A stretch of DNA of 63,239 nt from an uncultured Candidatus Saccharibacteria bacterium (GCA_964358205.1 CAYHNZ010000002.1:1-63239); one strand, 5' to 3'; positions 9,300 through 18,922 are shown, counted from the first letter of the stretch. Numbers and translations: made by a program. The notes: generated by a model from the sequence alone, not told the origin.

Positions 9300-9395
9300 A
9301 GTCCAAAGACAGTAGGTGACCTCCGCCAGCCGACGGAACAAGTCGTAAGTCCTACCGAGGCAAGAACCAAATATGCCGGTCTTTGACACGGCTAA
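9300..9395 (+). promoter_or_regulatory. Candidate L10 (rplJ) autoregulatory leader
   Basis: Nested helices CAAAGAC/GTCTTTG and GTAGG/CCTAC enclose a CGAC...GTCG hairpin directly upstream of rplJ. The position matches known L10 leaders. No covariance-model search was possible. Confidence 0.4.
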
Positions 9396-9454
9396 TTCAT
9401 TAACCGTTTGAAAATTTAGTTGTTGAGTATTAATTGAAAACTGAAAATGTCGCT

Positions 9455-9487
9455 GACGCTCGCTCCTCACTTGAGGTTCGTAGTTGA
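9455..9487. repeat. Small hairpin repeat (CGCTCCTCAC-hairpin-GTTCGTAG family), copy R1
   Basis: Flanks are shared with 33172-33210 and 43288-43320, while the inner hairpin differs between copies. Confidence 0.6.
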
Positions 9488-9523
9488 TACTTGAAAATTG
9501 TTAAATCCGGAGGATTTAAGAAG

Positions 9524-10315
9524 ATGCCTATCTTAAGAGCCCAAAAAGTTGATCTAGTCGCCAAACTAACAGAGGAGTTGCAAAACTCCCGTGTTGCGTT
9601 GGTCTTTGCCTATACCGCCTTAAACATGAAGGCCAACGACACTCTACGCACCCGCGCTTTTGAGGGCGGCGCCAAGATTAAGATGATCTCCAATACTTTG
9701 CTAGCGATCATTTTAAAAAATATCGGCAAGGAATTGGAGATCCCACAAAAGACACTGGCTTTGGCCTACGGTTTTAACGACGAAGTAATCGCCGCTAAAA
9801 CTTTAGTCGAATTTGCCAAAGAAACCGAAGCTCTCGAAGTCTTGGGTGGCTGGGTTGATGGCAATTTCTTCGACGCCTTGCAAGTTAAAACTCTGGCCAC
9901 ACTCCCAAACAAAGAGACCCTGCAAGCCCAGTTGGTTGGTCGTCTGAACGGTTTAATCGGTGGTTTGGCATATTCTTTGAACTTCCCAATTCAGAAACTG
10001 GCCTTTGTGATGGAAGCGGTTAAATCTGCTAGCGGTGAGCCTGCAAGCGGTGAGCAAGTCGAATCCGTCGAATCCGCCCAGCCTGCAGTTGAAGTTGCTT
10101 CAGAAGAACCAGAAGCAGAGGAAAAAACAGAAGCGCCTGCTCCCGCCGAAGAGCAATCAAAAGACTTGTCCGATGACTTGTCCGCCGTAGCTTCAGCGGA
10201 GGAGGAAGCTTTAGCGGAGTCGGAAGAAACTAAAAATGAAGAACCCGTGGCTGAATCGCAAGACGAAGCGGGTGAAACGGAAGAAGTTCAAGAAGAAGTC
10301 AAAGAAGAAAATTAA
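9524..10315 (+). CDS. rplJ: 50S ribosomal protein L10 with an acidic C-terminal extension
   Basis: GGAGG ribosome-binding site before the ATG at 9524. L10-like core, then about 90 aa of E/S/A-rich tail. Lies directly upstream of rplL. Confidence 0.88.
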   Translation: MPILRAQKVDLVAKLTEELQNSRVALVFAYTALNMKANDTLRTRAFEGGAKIKMISNTLLAIILKNIGKELEIPQKTLALAYGFNDEVIAAKTLVEFAKETEALEVLGGWVDGNFFDALQVKTLATLPNKETLQAQLVGRLNGLIGGLAYSLNFPIQKLAFVMEAVKSASGEPASGEQVESVESAQPAVEVASEEPEAEEKTEAPAPAEEQSKDLSDDLSAVASAEEEALAESEETKNEEPVAESQDEAGETEEVQEEVKEEN

Positions 10316-10336
10316 GTTAATTAAGAAAGGAAATAA

Positions 10337-10723
10337 ATGGCAGAAAAAACAGACAAATTGATTGATCAGATTGCCGAGTTATCGGTAATGGAATTGAGTG
10401 AATTGGTAAAAGCTATTGAAGAGAAGTTTGGCGTGAGTGCGATGCCAGTCATGGCCGCAGGTGCTCCAGCTGCTGGTGGTGCCGCCGCCGGTGCAGAAGC
10501 CGCGGAAGAGAAGTCGGAGTACACCGTCGTTCTAACCGCTTCAGGCGAACAGAAGATCGCTGTTATTAAGGCCGTCCGTGAGATCAAACAGGACTTAGGT
10601 CTCAAAGAGGCCAAAGATCTCGTTGACGCTGCTCCAAAAGAGCTTGGCGTGATGAAGAAAGCCGACGCCGAAGAAGCTAAAAAGAAACTCGAAGAAGCCG
10701 GCGCTACGGTTGAGTTGAAGTAA
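10337..10723 (+). CDS. rplL: 50S ribosomal protein L7/L12
   Basis: Ala/Gly hinge and the C-terminal domain [11 protein letters not shown]...[10 protein letters not shown]...[10 protein letters not shown]. Confidence 0.95.
   Translation: MAEKTDKLIDQIAELSVMELSELVKAIEEKFGVSAMPVMAAGAPAAGGAAAGAEAAEEKSEYTVVLTASGEQKIAVIKAVREIKQDLGLKEAKDLVDAAPKELGVMKKADAEEAKKKLEEAGATVELK
10691..10723 (+). repeat. Left copy of the 33-nt direct repeat (last 10 codons plus stop of rplL)
   Basis: Identical to 13555-13587. Confidence 0.95.
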
Positions 10724-10790
10724 TTCAATTCAAGCAACCTCGAGCGTAGTCGAGGGGCGCGAGCATAGAGCTTAAGCAAACGCTTTATTG

Positions 10791-10831
10791 AAAAAAAGAA
10801 GACCGTCAGGGAAAACCCTGACGGTCTTTTG
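10791..10831. terminator. Bidirectional intrinsic terminator
   Basis: 13-bp stem AAGACCGTCAGGG/CCCTGACGGTCTT, flanked by an A-run and a T-run. It lies between rplL and the convergent 858-aa gene. Confidence 0.85.
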
Positions 10832-10846
10832 GTTTAGTGGCAGTTG

Positions 10847-13423
10847 TTACCAGTCGCCACCGGACGATGAGTCACCGCCTCCACCGAAGCTTCCACCGGA
10901 TGAGGAGTCTCCACCTCCGCCCCAGCTTCCGCCGGAGCCGCTGCTTCCCCATGAGCTACTCGTGCTGCTCTCGTAGGAAGATTGACGTTGCCGTTCATCT
11001 TCTTCTTCACGTCGCCGTTTGGCGGCGGCTTCTTGTGCTTGTCGTTGCCTTTCCTCTTCCTCATAAGCGCGCTGAGCCTTGCGGGCCTCGCCTTCCCATG
11101 AAGATTCGTTTTGGTCGAGTAGAGCAAGAAGCACCACGTAGTCGGTGACGTCGCTGATCTGGGGCTGGTTAAAGCCCTTAAGTGTTAGAGAGCCGCCGTA
11201 TTCCTCGATCTTGCGTTGATAGCTGTCGCGTAGCGACTTCATCTTCGCAACGCGCTTCTCGAACTCGGCCTTCTTCTGGTCGAGCTCGTCGCAGTGACGA
11301 ACTGACCGCTTCGCCTGTTCGAGCGCTGAACTGAACTTTTCCAGCGCCCAGTCGGCGTTGTTGCGAGCGTTAAGGTGTCGGTTCTCGCCAAGCTGGCGCC
11401 TGGCTTTGTCCAGATCGCGCTTACCTTCGCTCAAGTGGCTTTCGGCAGCGCCGACAAAACCAGTCTGAACTTTAGCATGTACTTTCTGAGCATTAGTGAG
11501 ATGTAGGGTGGCAGCAGTGATCGCCTCGGTCGCTTCTGCTAACTTCGTCTCGGCCTTGGTGACGGAGTCTTGAGCGCCTTTGATAGCGCTCGTGATCGTC
11601 GCCGCTTGGTCGGCGGCCTTTGTGTAGAGCTCGTTTACCTTCCCGGCCTGCGCTTCAACCTCTGCGACGTCATCGGCACTTGCAAGGGTTCCCGCAAGCT
11701 TGTCCTCTGCGCGTCGGCCCAAATTGAAGGTAATGGTCGGGTCATCGTCAGGGTCGACGACGGTGTGAAGAGCTTCAGGCTGTGAGTCCATTCGGTTCGA
11801 ACGGGCGAGTGCGATCGCGTCAACCAATCGGTTGAATCGGTCGACGACGGTCTGCTCGGCCGAGTGAAGCTCGTTGAGTCGTTCGACGTAGGCTATAGGG
11901 TCGTCCCATGATAGGGCGTTAACCGAAGCATACAGGGAACTGTCTTTTGAATCGTCACCCGCCAACGGATGGTTTTGCAACCAGCGTTGGGGGATACCGA
12001 GCTCTTTCGCTTTGGCGTAGAGCTCATCGAGCGTTTTGGACGGAAACGATTCTTCCGCCGTTTTGCCGCGAGCTGCGAGGGCGTCCTTTAGCTCCTGCCA
12101 ACCTTCGACGTTTTGCTCAAACCGCTTCGCAAGCGATGCGGCGAGTACGGTCGGGTTGATCTTGATGACCTTAGTCTCCGGTTCGAATAGGCTGTCTTTA
12201 TTGACTTTACCGGTGTCGAAATCGAAGGGGCTGTTAAGCATCGCCAGAGCTGTGTTCAACGGTTTGAGGTTGAAGTAGCCGGCTTTCTTCGCCACAGCCT
12301 TGCACCTTTCGGCGTGGTCGCGTAGGGCTTCGACACCTAGGTAGATGTCATCAACCTCTTTGGTCACACTCTCGTAAGCTTCCTTGGTTTTTCCTTTCAC
12401 TGCTGTCAGAGCTAGGATATCACCGCGGTCGCCGTAGATTGCGAAGAACTGCTGAGCGGCATTGGTTGTCGCTTTTACTCGTTTTCCGAACTCCTCTGCG
12501 AACCTTTCCCGCAAATAGGAGTACCTGCGAAGTTGGGACAAAAAAGCCACAATCATTGCGACGAGTATGAGTATAGCCCATAGACATTTCAAGAAGATAT
12601 CCAGCTCACGACGAGCTTCTTCACTCATCCGGTCGCTGACGTAGCCTTCCAGCTTGTCAACGTCTGGCTTGAGTGCTGCTGCTGCGTTAAGCATCTCTTG
12701 GGGGTTGTTTCGTTGTCGAACCTTCCGTGCTTCGTCAAGGCTCTGTTTGTAGCCGCTGACATTGCCAGGCAGATACTCCCTGTGTCGAAGAAGTTCATCC
12801 AGTTTAGTTACCCGCTCGTTGATCAGTCCTTGCGCCTGAATCAGCCTTTCTTGCTCGGCCTGCCTTCTGGCAGCTTCGCGACGTTGGGCGATTTTGGCGG
12901 GGTCAGTCTGGTCGAACAGATAATCGTCGACGGCCCTCATCATGTTGATGATGCCGTTTTTCGGGTCCTTGCGTTGACCTTGAGTCGACGCCTTGAAGAC
13001 GTCGGTATACTGATCGTGCGCGCGGCTTCGAAAGTTGAGTTCGGTCTCAAATTTACTCCCAGCCAGGAAGCGATACTTCCGTGGACTGTAAGCAAGCAAG
13101 AAGATCTGCGACCTCGCCATGTCAAACGACGGATAGCGCTGACCCCACTGTTGAGCAAGGTTGTTGATGGCGTTAGCCGCCAATTGATCGCCATCGCCAG
13201 AACCCGGTAGGGTTTCGACGAGAATCACGTAGTAGGGGAAGTGGCAGCTTTTCGCCGCCCTTTCGATTTCGTCAATCCCGTTGTTGCCGATCATCGGCGG
13301 GTTGAACCCTTCGGGAATCGTGTAGACGAACTGGCCCTCGCGTAAAGCAGGGACATTGAGTTGGGCGCACGCAATTCCGTTGAAAAGCGTAGCGACAAGG
13401 ACGAGTAAGAAACGCATTTTCAT
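10847..13423 (-). CDS. TPM-domain (YgcG-like) membrane protein with a long coiled-coil insert (GC-rich cargo gene)
   Basis: AGGTGA ribosome-binding site and a signal peptide. TPM-like PYYVILVETLPG...IFLLAYSPRKYRFLAG. One TM helix, a coiled-coil region of about 480 aa, and a Gly/Ser-rich ...GGGGDSSSGGDW tail typical of TPM proteins. Confidence 0.85.
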   Translation of the reverse strand: MKMRFLLVLVATLFNGIACAQLNVPALREGQFVYTIPEGFNPPMIGNNGIDEIERAAKSCHFPYYVILVETLPGSGDGDQLAANAINNLAQQWGQRYPSFDMARSQIFLLAYSPRKYRFLAGSKFETELNFRSRAHDQYTDVFKASTQGQRKDPKNGIINMMRAVDDYLFDQTDPAKIAQRREAARRQAEQERLIQAQGLINERVTKLDELLRHREYLPGNVSGYKQSLDEARKVRQRNNPQEMLNAAAALKPDVDKLEGYVSDRMSEEARRELDIFLKCLWAILILVAMIVAFLSQLRRYSYLRERFAEEFGKRVKATTNAAQQFFAIYGDRGDILALTAVKGKTKEAYESVTKEVDDIYLGVEALRDHAERCKAVAKKAGYFNLKPLNTALAMLNSPFDFDTGKVNKDSLFEPETKVIKINPTVLAASLAKRFEQNVEGWQELKDALAARGKTAEESFPSKTLDELYAKAKELGIPQRWLQNHPLAGDDSKDSSLYASVNALSWDDPIAYVERLNELHSAEQTVVDRFNRLVDAIALARSNRMDSQPEALHTVVDPDDDPTITFNLGRRAEDKLAGTLASADDVAEVEAQAGKVNELYTKAADQAATITSAIKGAQDSVTKAETKLAEATEAITAATLHLTNAQKVHAKVQTGFVGAAESHLSEGKRDLDKARRQLGENRHLNARNNADWALEKFSSALEQAKRSVRHCDELDQKKAEFEKRVAKMKSLRDSYQRKIEEYGGSLTLKGFNQPQISDVTDYVVLLALLDQNESSWEGEARKAQRAYEEEERQRQAQEAAAKRRREEEDERQRQSSYESSTSSSWGSSGSGGSWGGGGDSSSGGSFGGGGDSSSGGDW

Positions 13424-13554
13424 GTCATCACCTGTGAAAGGGCAGTAACGGACAAGTCCGTTATGTTTACTGGCTGCATTTTACCCCAACAAACTGATTT
13501 TGTCCAGAGTTCAGGGCATTATTTTGTTACTCTGAAATTGTGAAGAAAAAGCTT

Positions 13555-13587
13555 GAAGAAGCCGGCGCTACGGTTGAGTTGAAGTAA
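13555..13587 (+). repeat. Right copy of the 33-nt direct repeat (orphan rplL 3' end)
   Basis: Identical to 10691-10723. The four preceding codons still read KKKL but with synonymous changes. It is followed by the native-looking terminator. Confidence 0.95.
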
Positions 13588-13612
13588 GAATTCCCAAATT
13601 CTAAATGCGAGA

Positions 13613-13647
13613 ACCGCCCTCCGCCAGCCGGCGGAAGGGCGGTTTTT
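13613..13647. terminator. Intrinsic terminator (convergent)
   Basis: Stem ACCGCCCTCCGCC...GGCGGAAGGGCGGT followed by TTTTT. Confidence 0.85.
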
Positions 13648-13648
13648 G

Positions 13649-14062
13649 CTAATTGCCTAAAATTTTTCTAATTTTTGGGACAACCCGCTGGTGATTGGGC
13701 CAGGTTAAAACCTTGTCTAATTCGTCAAGTAAATACCAACTATGTTCTTCGTTACCCTCTAAATAATGCACGTCGACATTAGGAATCTCAATCAGAAACG
13801 CCCATTCGGTTGAAAGCTTATCCCATGTTTTGAGCTCAACGATTTCCCTGTGATTGAGATTGATAAGCGAGATCGGCTCTACACCTAGTTCTTCGATGGT
13901 TTCGCGCCGAGCCGCTTGCTCAAGCGTTTCGTCCGGGATATTGTCGCCAACGTGGCCACTCAAAACACTCTTAGTATCATCATGGCGATGGAGTACAAAA
14001 AATTCCGTCTGGCCGTAATTTTGACGATAGGCAAACATCAGTATTTTGGTCACTTTTTGCAT
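13649..14062 (-). CDS. Nudix hydrolase
   Basis: Nudix box GHVGDNIPDETLEQAARRETIEELGV. Confidence 0.88.
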   Translation of the reverse strand: MQKVTKILMFAYRQNYGQTEFFVLHRHDDTKSVLSGHVGDNIPDETLEQAARRETIEELGVEPISLINLNHREIVELKTWDKLSTEWAFLIEIPNVDVHYLEGNEEHSWYLLDELDKVLTWPNHQRVVPKIRKILGN

Positions 14063-14132
14063 GTCAGAATCGTACCGAAAAATACCATAGTGTACACTGT
14101 CGGTTTTTTTGGGGAGGGGGTATAATCTGGGA

Positions 14133-14735
14133 ATGAAGCAGCAAGTCTTAGTTATTCACGGCGGGGATACGTTCGATACCAGGGAGGAATATATCAAGTT
14201 TCTGAAAGAACATGAACTAGATTTCCAAAAGATGATGATAGCTGGCTGGAAAGAAAACCTGCGCAGTGATTTAGGCGATGACTACGAGGTTATCCTGCCG
14301 AAAATGCCAAACAATACCAACGCTACCTACGAAGAGTGGGAGATAATGTTTGGAAAACTGATTCCGTTTTTGCACGACGGTCTGATTTTAGTTGGCCACT
14401 CAATGGGTGGGTTATTCTTGGCAAAATATTTATCTGAAAACAATTTCAAACCTAAGGTTAGGGCAACTTTTTTGGTCGCGGCGCCATTTGGCGACAACCT
14501 ACCCGAGTATGAGCTTTATAGTTTCTCGCTTCCTAAAAAGATCGACGGCTTTGCTCGTCAGGCCGGTCAGGTTTTTATCTTCCATAGCAGTGACGACCTA
14601 GCTGTGCCCCCAAGAGACAGCGGTGACTATAAAAACGCCGTGCCAAACTCTGAATTAAAAATGTTTACTGATCGCGGACACTTCGGCCAACCACATTTAC
14701 CAGAGTTGGTGGAAGTGATTAAAAAACTCGCATAG
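14133..14735 (+). CDS. Alpha/beta serine hydrolase (YdeN/RBBP9-like)
   Basis: GHSMGG nucleophile elbow in a protein of about 200 aa. TATAAT (14121-14126) lies 6 nt before the ATG. Confidence 0.8.
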   Translation: MKQQVLVIHGGDTFDTREEYIKFLKEHELDFQKMMIAGWKENLRSDLGDDYEVILPKMPNNTNATYEEWEIMFGKLIPFLHDGLILVGHSMGGLFLAKYLSENNFKPKVRATFLVAAPFGDNLPEYELYSFSLPKKIDGFARQAGQVFIFHSSDDLAVPPRDSGDYKNAVPNSELKMFTDRGHFGQPHLPELVEVIKKLA

Positions 14736-14782
14736 TGTCCGTTTGACGGATCGTATAAGAGTATCTGCTACACTAAATAAAC

Positions 14783-15607
14783 ATGAAAAAGATTTGGTGG
14801 ATTATAATTATATTCATCGTTTTAGTGGTACTCTTCTTGGTTGGTGGGGAGGTGTATAAACGGCAGACTAATTCTCAAACAACAACAAACAGCACAGAAA
14901 TAGATGAAGCACCAACCGTCACCGCCAGCTTTGTAGACCCAACTAAAATCGCCGCGATTACTAAGTTTCGCAGCTGCCAAGGACATATTGTTGTACCGCA
15001 GGACGGGTCGGAGGTGCGGAGCAACATGAAGCACTATTTATACCTCAAAAAAGAATATACCTCGGCTCGGCGACTAGTGGAGTTATATGCGCCGTTTGAC
15101 GGATATGTCAGCGACATCTATAAAGGCGACGAAGATTTTAGCGATCGCAATCCGGCTTCACGAGACCTGACCGTAAGCAAGTCTAAGGGTTTGAGTGCTC
15201 GCTCTGATTGGGGTTTCTCCTTTTTGCACATAGAGCCACGTGATAACCTAAAAGAAGGCGACGCAGTTAAGGCGGGAGAACCGCTTGGTTATGTTTCGCT
15301 AGAACTAATACCGCCGTATTACGCCTTTGATGTGGTTTATGCCAAGATGGGGACTTTCCCCAAGAAAATTGACAAGTGGAACAGCCCGTATGCGGCACTG
15401 GAATCAGCCTTTGCTCACATGGACAGCCAAGCTCTCGCTAAGTTCGCCGTGTTTGGTGTAGATTCGGCTGACGACTTTGTTATTGCCAAGGCAACTCGTG
15501 ACGCCTCACCGTGCCAATACGGTCCCGATGGCCGACAATTTGACCAAACCCGTACCGACGCCTGGTATAACGACTGGTTAGGCAATATAAACGACGCGGT
15601 AAATTAG
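14783..15607 (+). CDS. Membrane-anchored hypothetical protein (paralog 1)
   Basis: MKKIWWIIIIFIVLVV anchor. It shares this N-terminus and a G(E/D)xxG(Y/R)(V/I) beta-hairpin-like motif with the next gene. Confidence 0.75.
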   Translation: MKKIWWIIIIFIVLVVLFLVGGEVYKRQTNSQTTTNSTEIDEAPTVTASFVDPTKIAAITKFRSCQGHIVVPQDGSEVRSNMKHYLYLKKEYTSARRLVELYAPFDGYVSDIYKGDEDFSDRNPASRDLTVSKSKGLSARSDWGFSFLHIEPRDNLKEGDAVKAGEPLGYVSLELIPPYYAFDVVYAKMGTFPKKIDKWNSPYAALESAFAHMDSQALAKFAVFGVDSADDFVIAKATRDASPCQYGPDGRQFDQTRTDAWYNDWLGNINDAVN

Positions 15608-15613
15608 AAGAAT

Positions 15614-16819
15614 ATGAAAAAAGTTTGGTGGATTATAATTGTCATTGTGCTACTTATTGCCGGAGGGGCAGGTTATTTAGCCCAACGTAAATTTCGGGCC
15701 CGCGAAGCGGTAGCTATTCCGTCTGCTGATAGCAGCCAAAGCGAAAAAGATAGCGCTGCAATAAAGGCCGGGAAACAGCTAACAAATAACAATTGCAAAG
15801 GCGATGGACCAGGTGTGCTGACGAGGCTGCCAATGGACGAGCCGGATTACTCGATGATTTTACCGTATGGATTGATGACAGGCGGTCATGTCACCCCCAT
15901 AGACCATCAGTACTTCTCGCCGACAGTTTTCAACTCACCGCGCGACACCTATCCAGTTTACGCCATGGCCGATTCTAAAATAGTCGACATTCAACCCCGG
16001 ACCAACGACAAAGGGACGGAATACCGCTTTGTGTTTACGATGAGTTGTACCTTTCTTTATTATTACGATTTAGTGACCAGCCTTACACCAGAGCTTCAAA
16101 CGGCGCTCAAGCTGAAGAAATTTGATATTGATGTTAAAGAGGGAGATTTAGTTGGCAGAATTGGTGGCCAAACACTCGATTTTGCAGTTTGGGATACCAC
16201 TAAACCACTAAGGAACTTCGTTAACCCGAAAAGCTATGAAGGTGAAGCCTGGAAAATCTATACTGCTGACCCGCTAGACTACTACAGTGTCGACATTAAG
16301 GCCAAAGCATTAGCCAAATATGTTCGAACCATGGCGCCACTTTCAGGCCGGATCGATTACGATATTGACGGCAAATTAATCGGCAACTGGTTTCTGAAAG
16401 GGTCGGGCGGTTACGCTGGGCCGGGCGATGGGAGATCTGGGTACTGGGCCGGGCACCTGTCTATAGCACCAGAGTATCTCGATAATTCAGCCACAATCGT
16501 TTCTTTCGGCTCGTGGAACGGTGGCGAAGCCAAGCAGTGGATGGCTAAAGACCCGGTCGATCCCGCTACAATCGGGATTGCATCAGGACTGACAAAATAC
16601 GAGCTTTACGGTTTTCAGGAGACTAAAACTGACGGCTCTCGTTGGGATAGTATGTCGCTTTATAACGACCCGAAGGCAAAAGTGAACGCTAATGAGTTTG
16701 GCGGCTGTGTACTTTTCCAACTCACCGACAGTCGAACGCTTAAAGCTGAACAGTTTGCTAATAAGAAGTGCACAGCAGTGAGTAGTTTTAGCGGTCAAGA
16801 AGAAACTTACGAACGGTAG
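15614..16819 (+). CDS. Membrane-anchored hypothetical protein (paralog 2)
   Basis: MKKVWWIIIVIVLLIA anchor. VKEGDLVGRIGG motif reminiscent of LytM/lipoyl-type barrels. No firm family call. Confidence 0.75.
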   Translation: MKKVWWIIIVIVLLIAGGAGYLAQRKFRAREAVAIPSADSSQSEKDSAAIKAGKQLTNNNCKGDGPGVLTRLPMDEPDYSMILPYGLMTGGHVTPIDHQYFSPTVFNSPRDTYPVYAMADSKIVDIQPRTNDKGTEYRFVFTMSCTFLYYYDLVTSLTPELQTALKLKKFDIDVKEGDLVGRIGGQTLDFAVWDTTKPLRNFVNPKSYEGEAWKIYTADPLDYYSVDIKAKALAKYVRTMAPLSGRIDYDIDGKLIGNWFLKGSGGYAGPGDGRSGYWAGHLSIAPEYLDNSATIVSFGSWNGGEAKQWMAKDPVDPATIGIASGLTKYELYGFQETKTDGSRWDSMSLYNDPKAKVNANEFGGCVLFQLTDSRTLKAEQFANKKCTAVSSFSGQEETYER

Positions 16820-16833
16820 GATCAATCAAGAAG

Positions 16834-16917
16834 ATGAGTACTATCAGTAATAGTAATTTGTTCTGGATCGCTTTGGTAGCGGTATTGCTGTTCGCCCTTT
16901 ACATTAAATCTCGTTAG
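16834..16917 (+). CDS. Possible 27-aa single-TM micropeptide
   Basis: MSTISNSNLFWIALVAVLLFALYIKSR. It is below the ORF-track cutoff and has only a weak ribosome-binding site. Confidence 0.3.
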   Translation: MSTISNSNLFWIALVAVLLFALYIKSR

Positions 16918-16950
16918 CGTTAAAACGGAAAAAGAAAGGAGGTGAAAAAG

Positions 16951-17115
16951 ATGGAAGAACATTACGCTTGTCCGGGTGGTTGCGGTGGTATGTCGACCGA
17001 CATGAAAGCTTGCGATACCGAGGGTTGCGAAAAAAACGGTCAGATGATGAAGGGGTGCGATTGTCACGATAACGAGCACGCTCAAGTTATGGACGGAACC
17101 GACGAGATTGTCTAG
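16951..17115 (+). CDS. 54-aa cysteine-rich (metal-binding-like) protein
   Basis: Strong AAAGGAGGTGA ribosome-binding site 6 nt upstream of the ATG. MEEHYACPGGCGG...CDTEGCEKNGQMMKGCDCHDNEH has 7 Cys and 3 His. It is absent from the ORF track because it is shorter than 60 aa. Confidence 0.7.
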   Translation: MEEHYACPGGCGGMSTDMKACDTEGCEKNGQMMKGCDCHDNEHAQVMDGTDEIV

Positions 17116-17158
17116 CAGGCACCTGTACGCTCGGGGCTGTTACTGGTAAAATTTCAAT

Positions 17159-17686
17159 ATGATGCCTGAAAAACTTCAGACCATAGTTTTTTTAGTTCGT
17201 CACGGCGAGACCGATTCAGGTTATAGTCAGCAAGCCGGTATTGATAGTCAGCGACAGCTGACAGATGTTGGTCGGGAGCAATCCGTCGCCGTCGGGCGAT
17301 ATTTGGCGGCATTTCAGCCAGTGGCAGTTTATTCTAGTCCACTCGATCGCTGTCAAGAAACGGCCAAAATAATTCAATCCGAAATTTCTCCACCCCCACC
17401 CATTATTTTAAATAAGGCGCTATTCGAGGTCTATTCGGCTGTGCCAAAGATACGTCATGAGGTAGGGGAGAGGGGAGAGACGATTTTTACGACTATTCTG
17501 GCCGCGCATAAGGGCGAGCAGGTTGTCGCTGTCACCCATCAATACATTATTGGCTACATTGTTGCTGATTTCTTGAAGATCGAGTATCGCGATCTGCCGT
17601 GCGAATTTGCCGATGTCTACCGCTTGGTTTTTGCTGGCAATATCCTAGTTGAGGCGATGCGTCTCCAGCCAGCCAAGGCAAGGTAG
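17159..17686 (+). CDS. Histidine phosphatase (phosphoglycerate mutase family)
   Basis: RHGET catalytic motif (LVRHGETD). A later TH motif is present. Confidence 0.85.
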   Translation: MMPEKLQTIVFLVRHGETDSGYSQQAGIDSQRQLTDVGREQSVAVGRYLAAFQPVAVYSSPLDRCQETAKIIQSEISPPPPIILNKALFEVYSAVPKIRHEVGERGETIFTTILAAHKGEQVVAVTHQYIIGYIVADFLKIEYRDLPCEFADVYRLVFAGNILVEAMRLQPAKAR

Positions 17687-17716
17687 ATTTAAGAATTTAG
17701 ATTTACGATTCAATAA

Positions 17717-18895
<1,179 letters not shown>

Positions 18896-18922
18896 CATCC
18901 TAACTTCTGGTATATTTAACTG

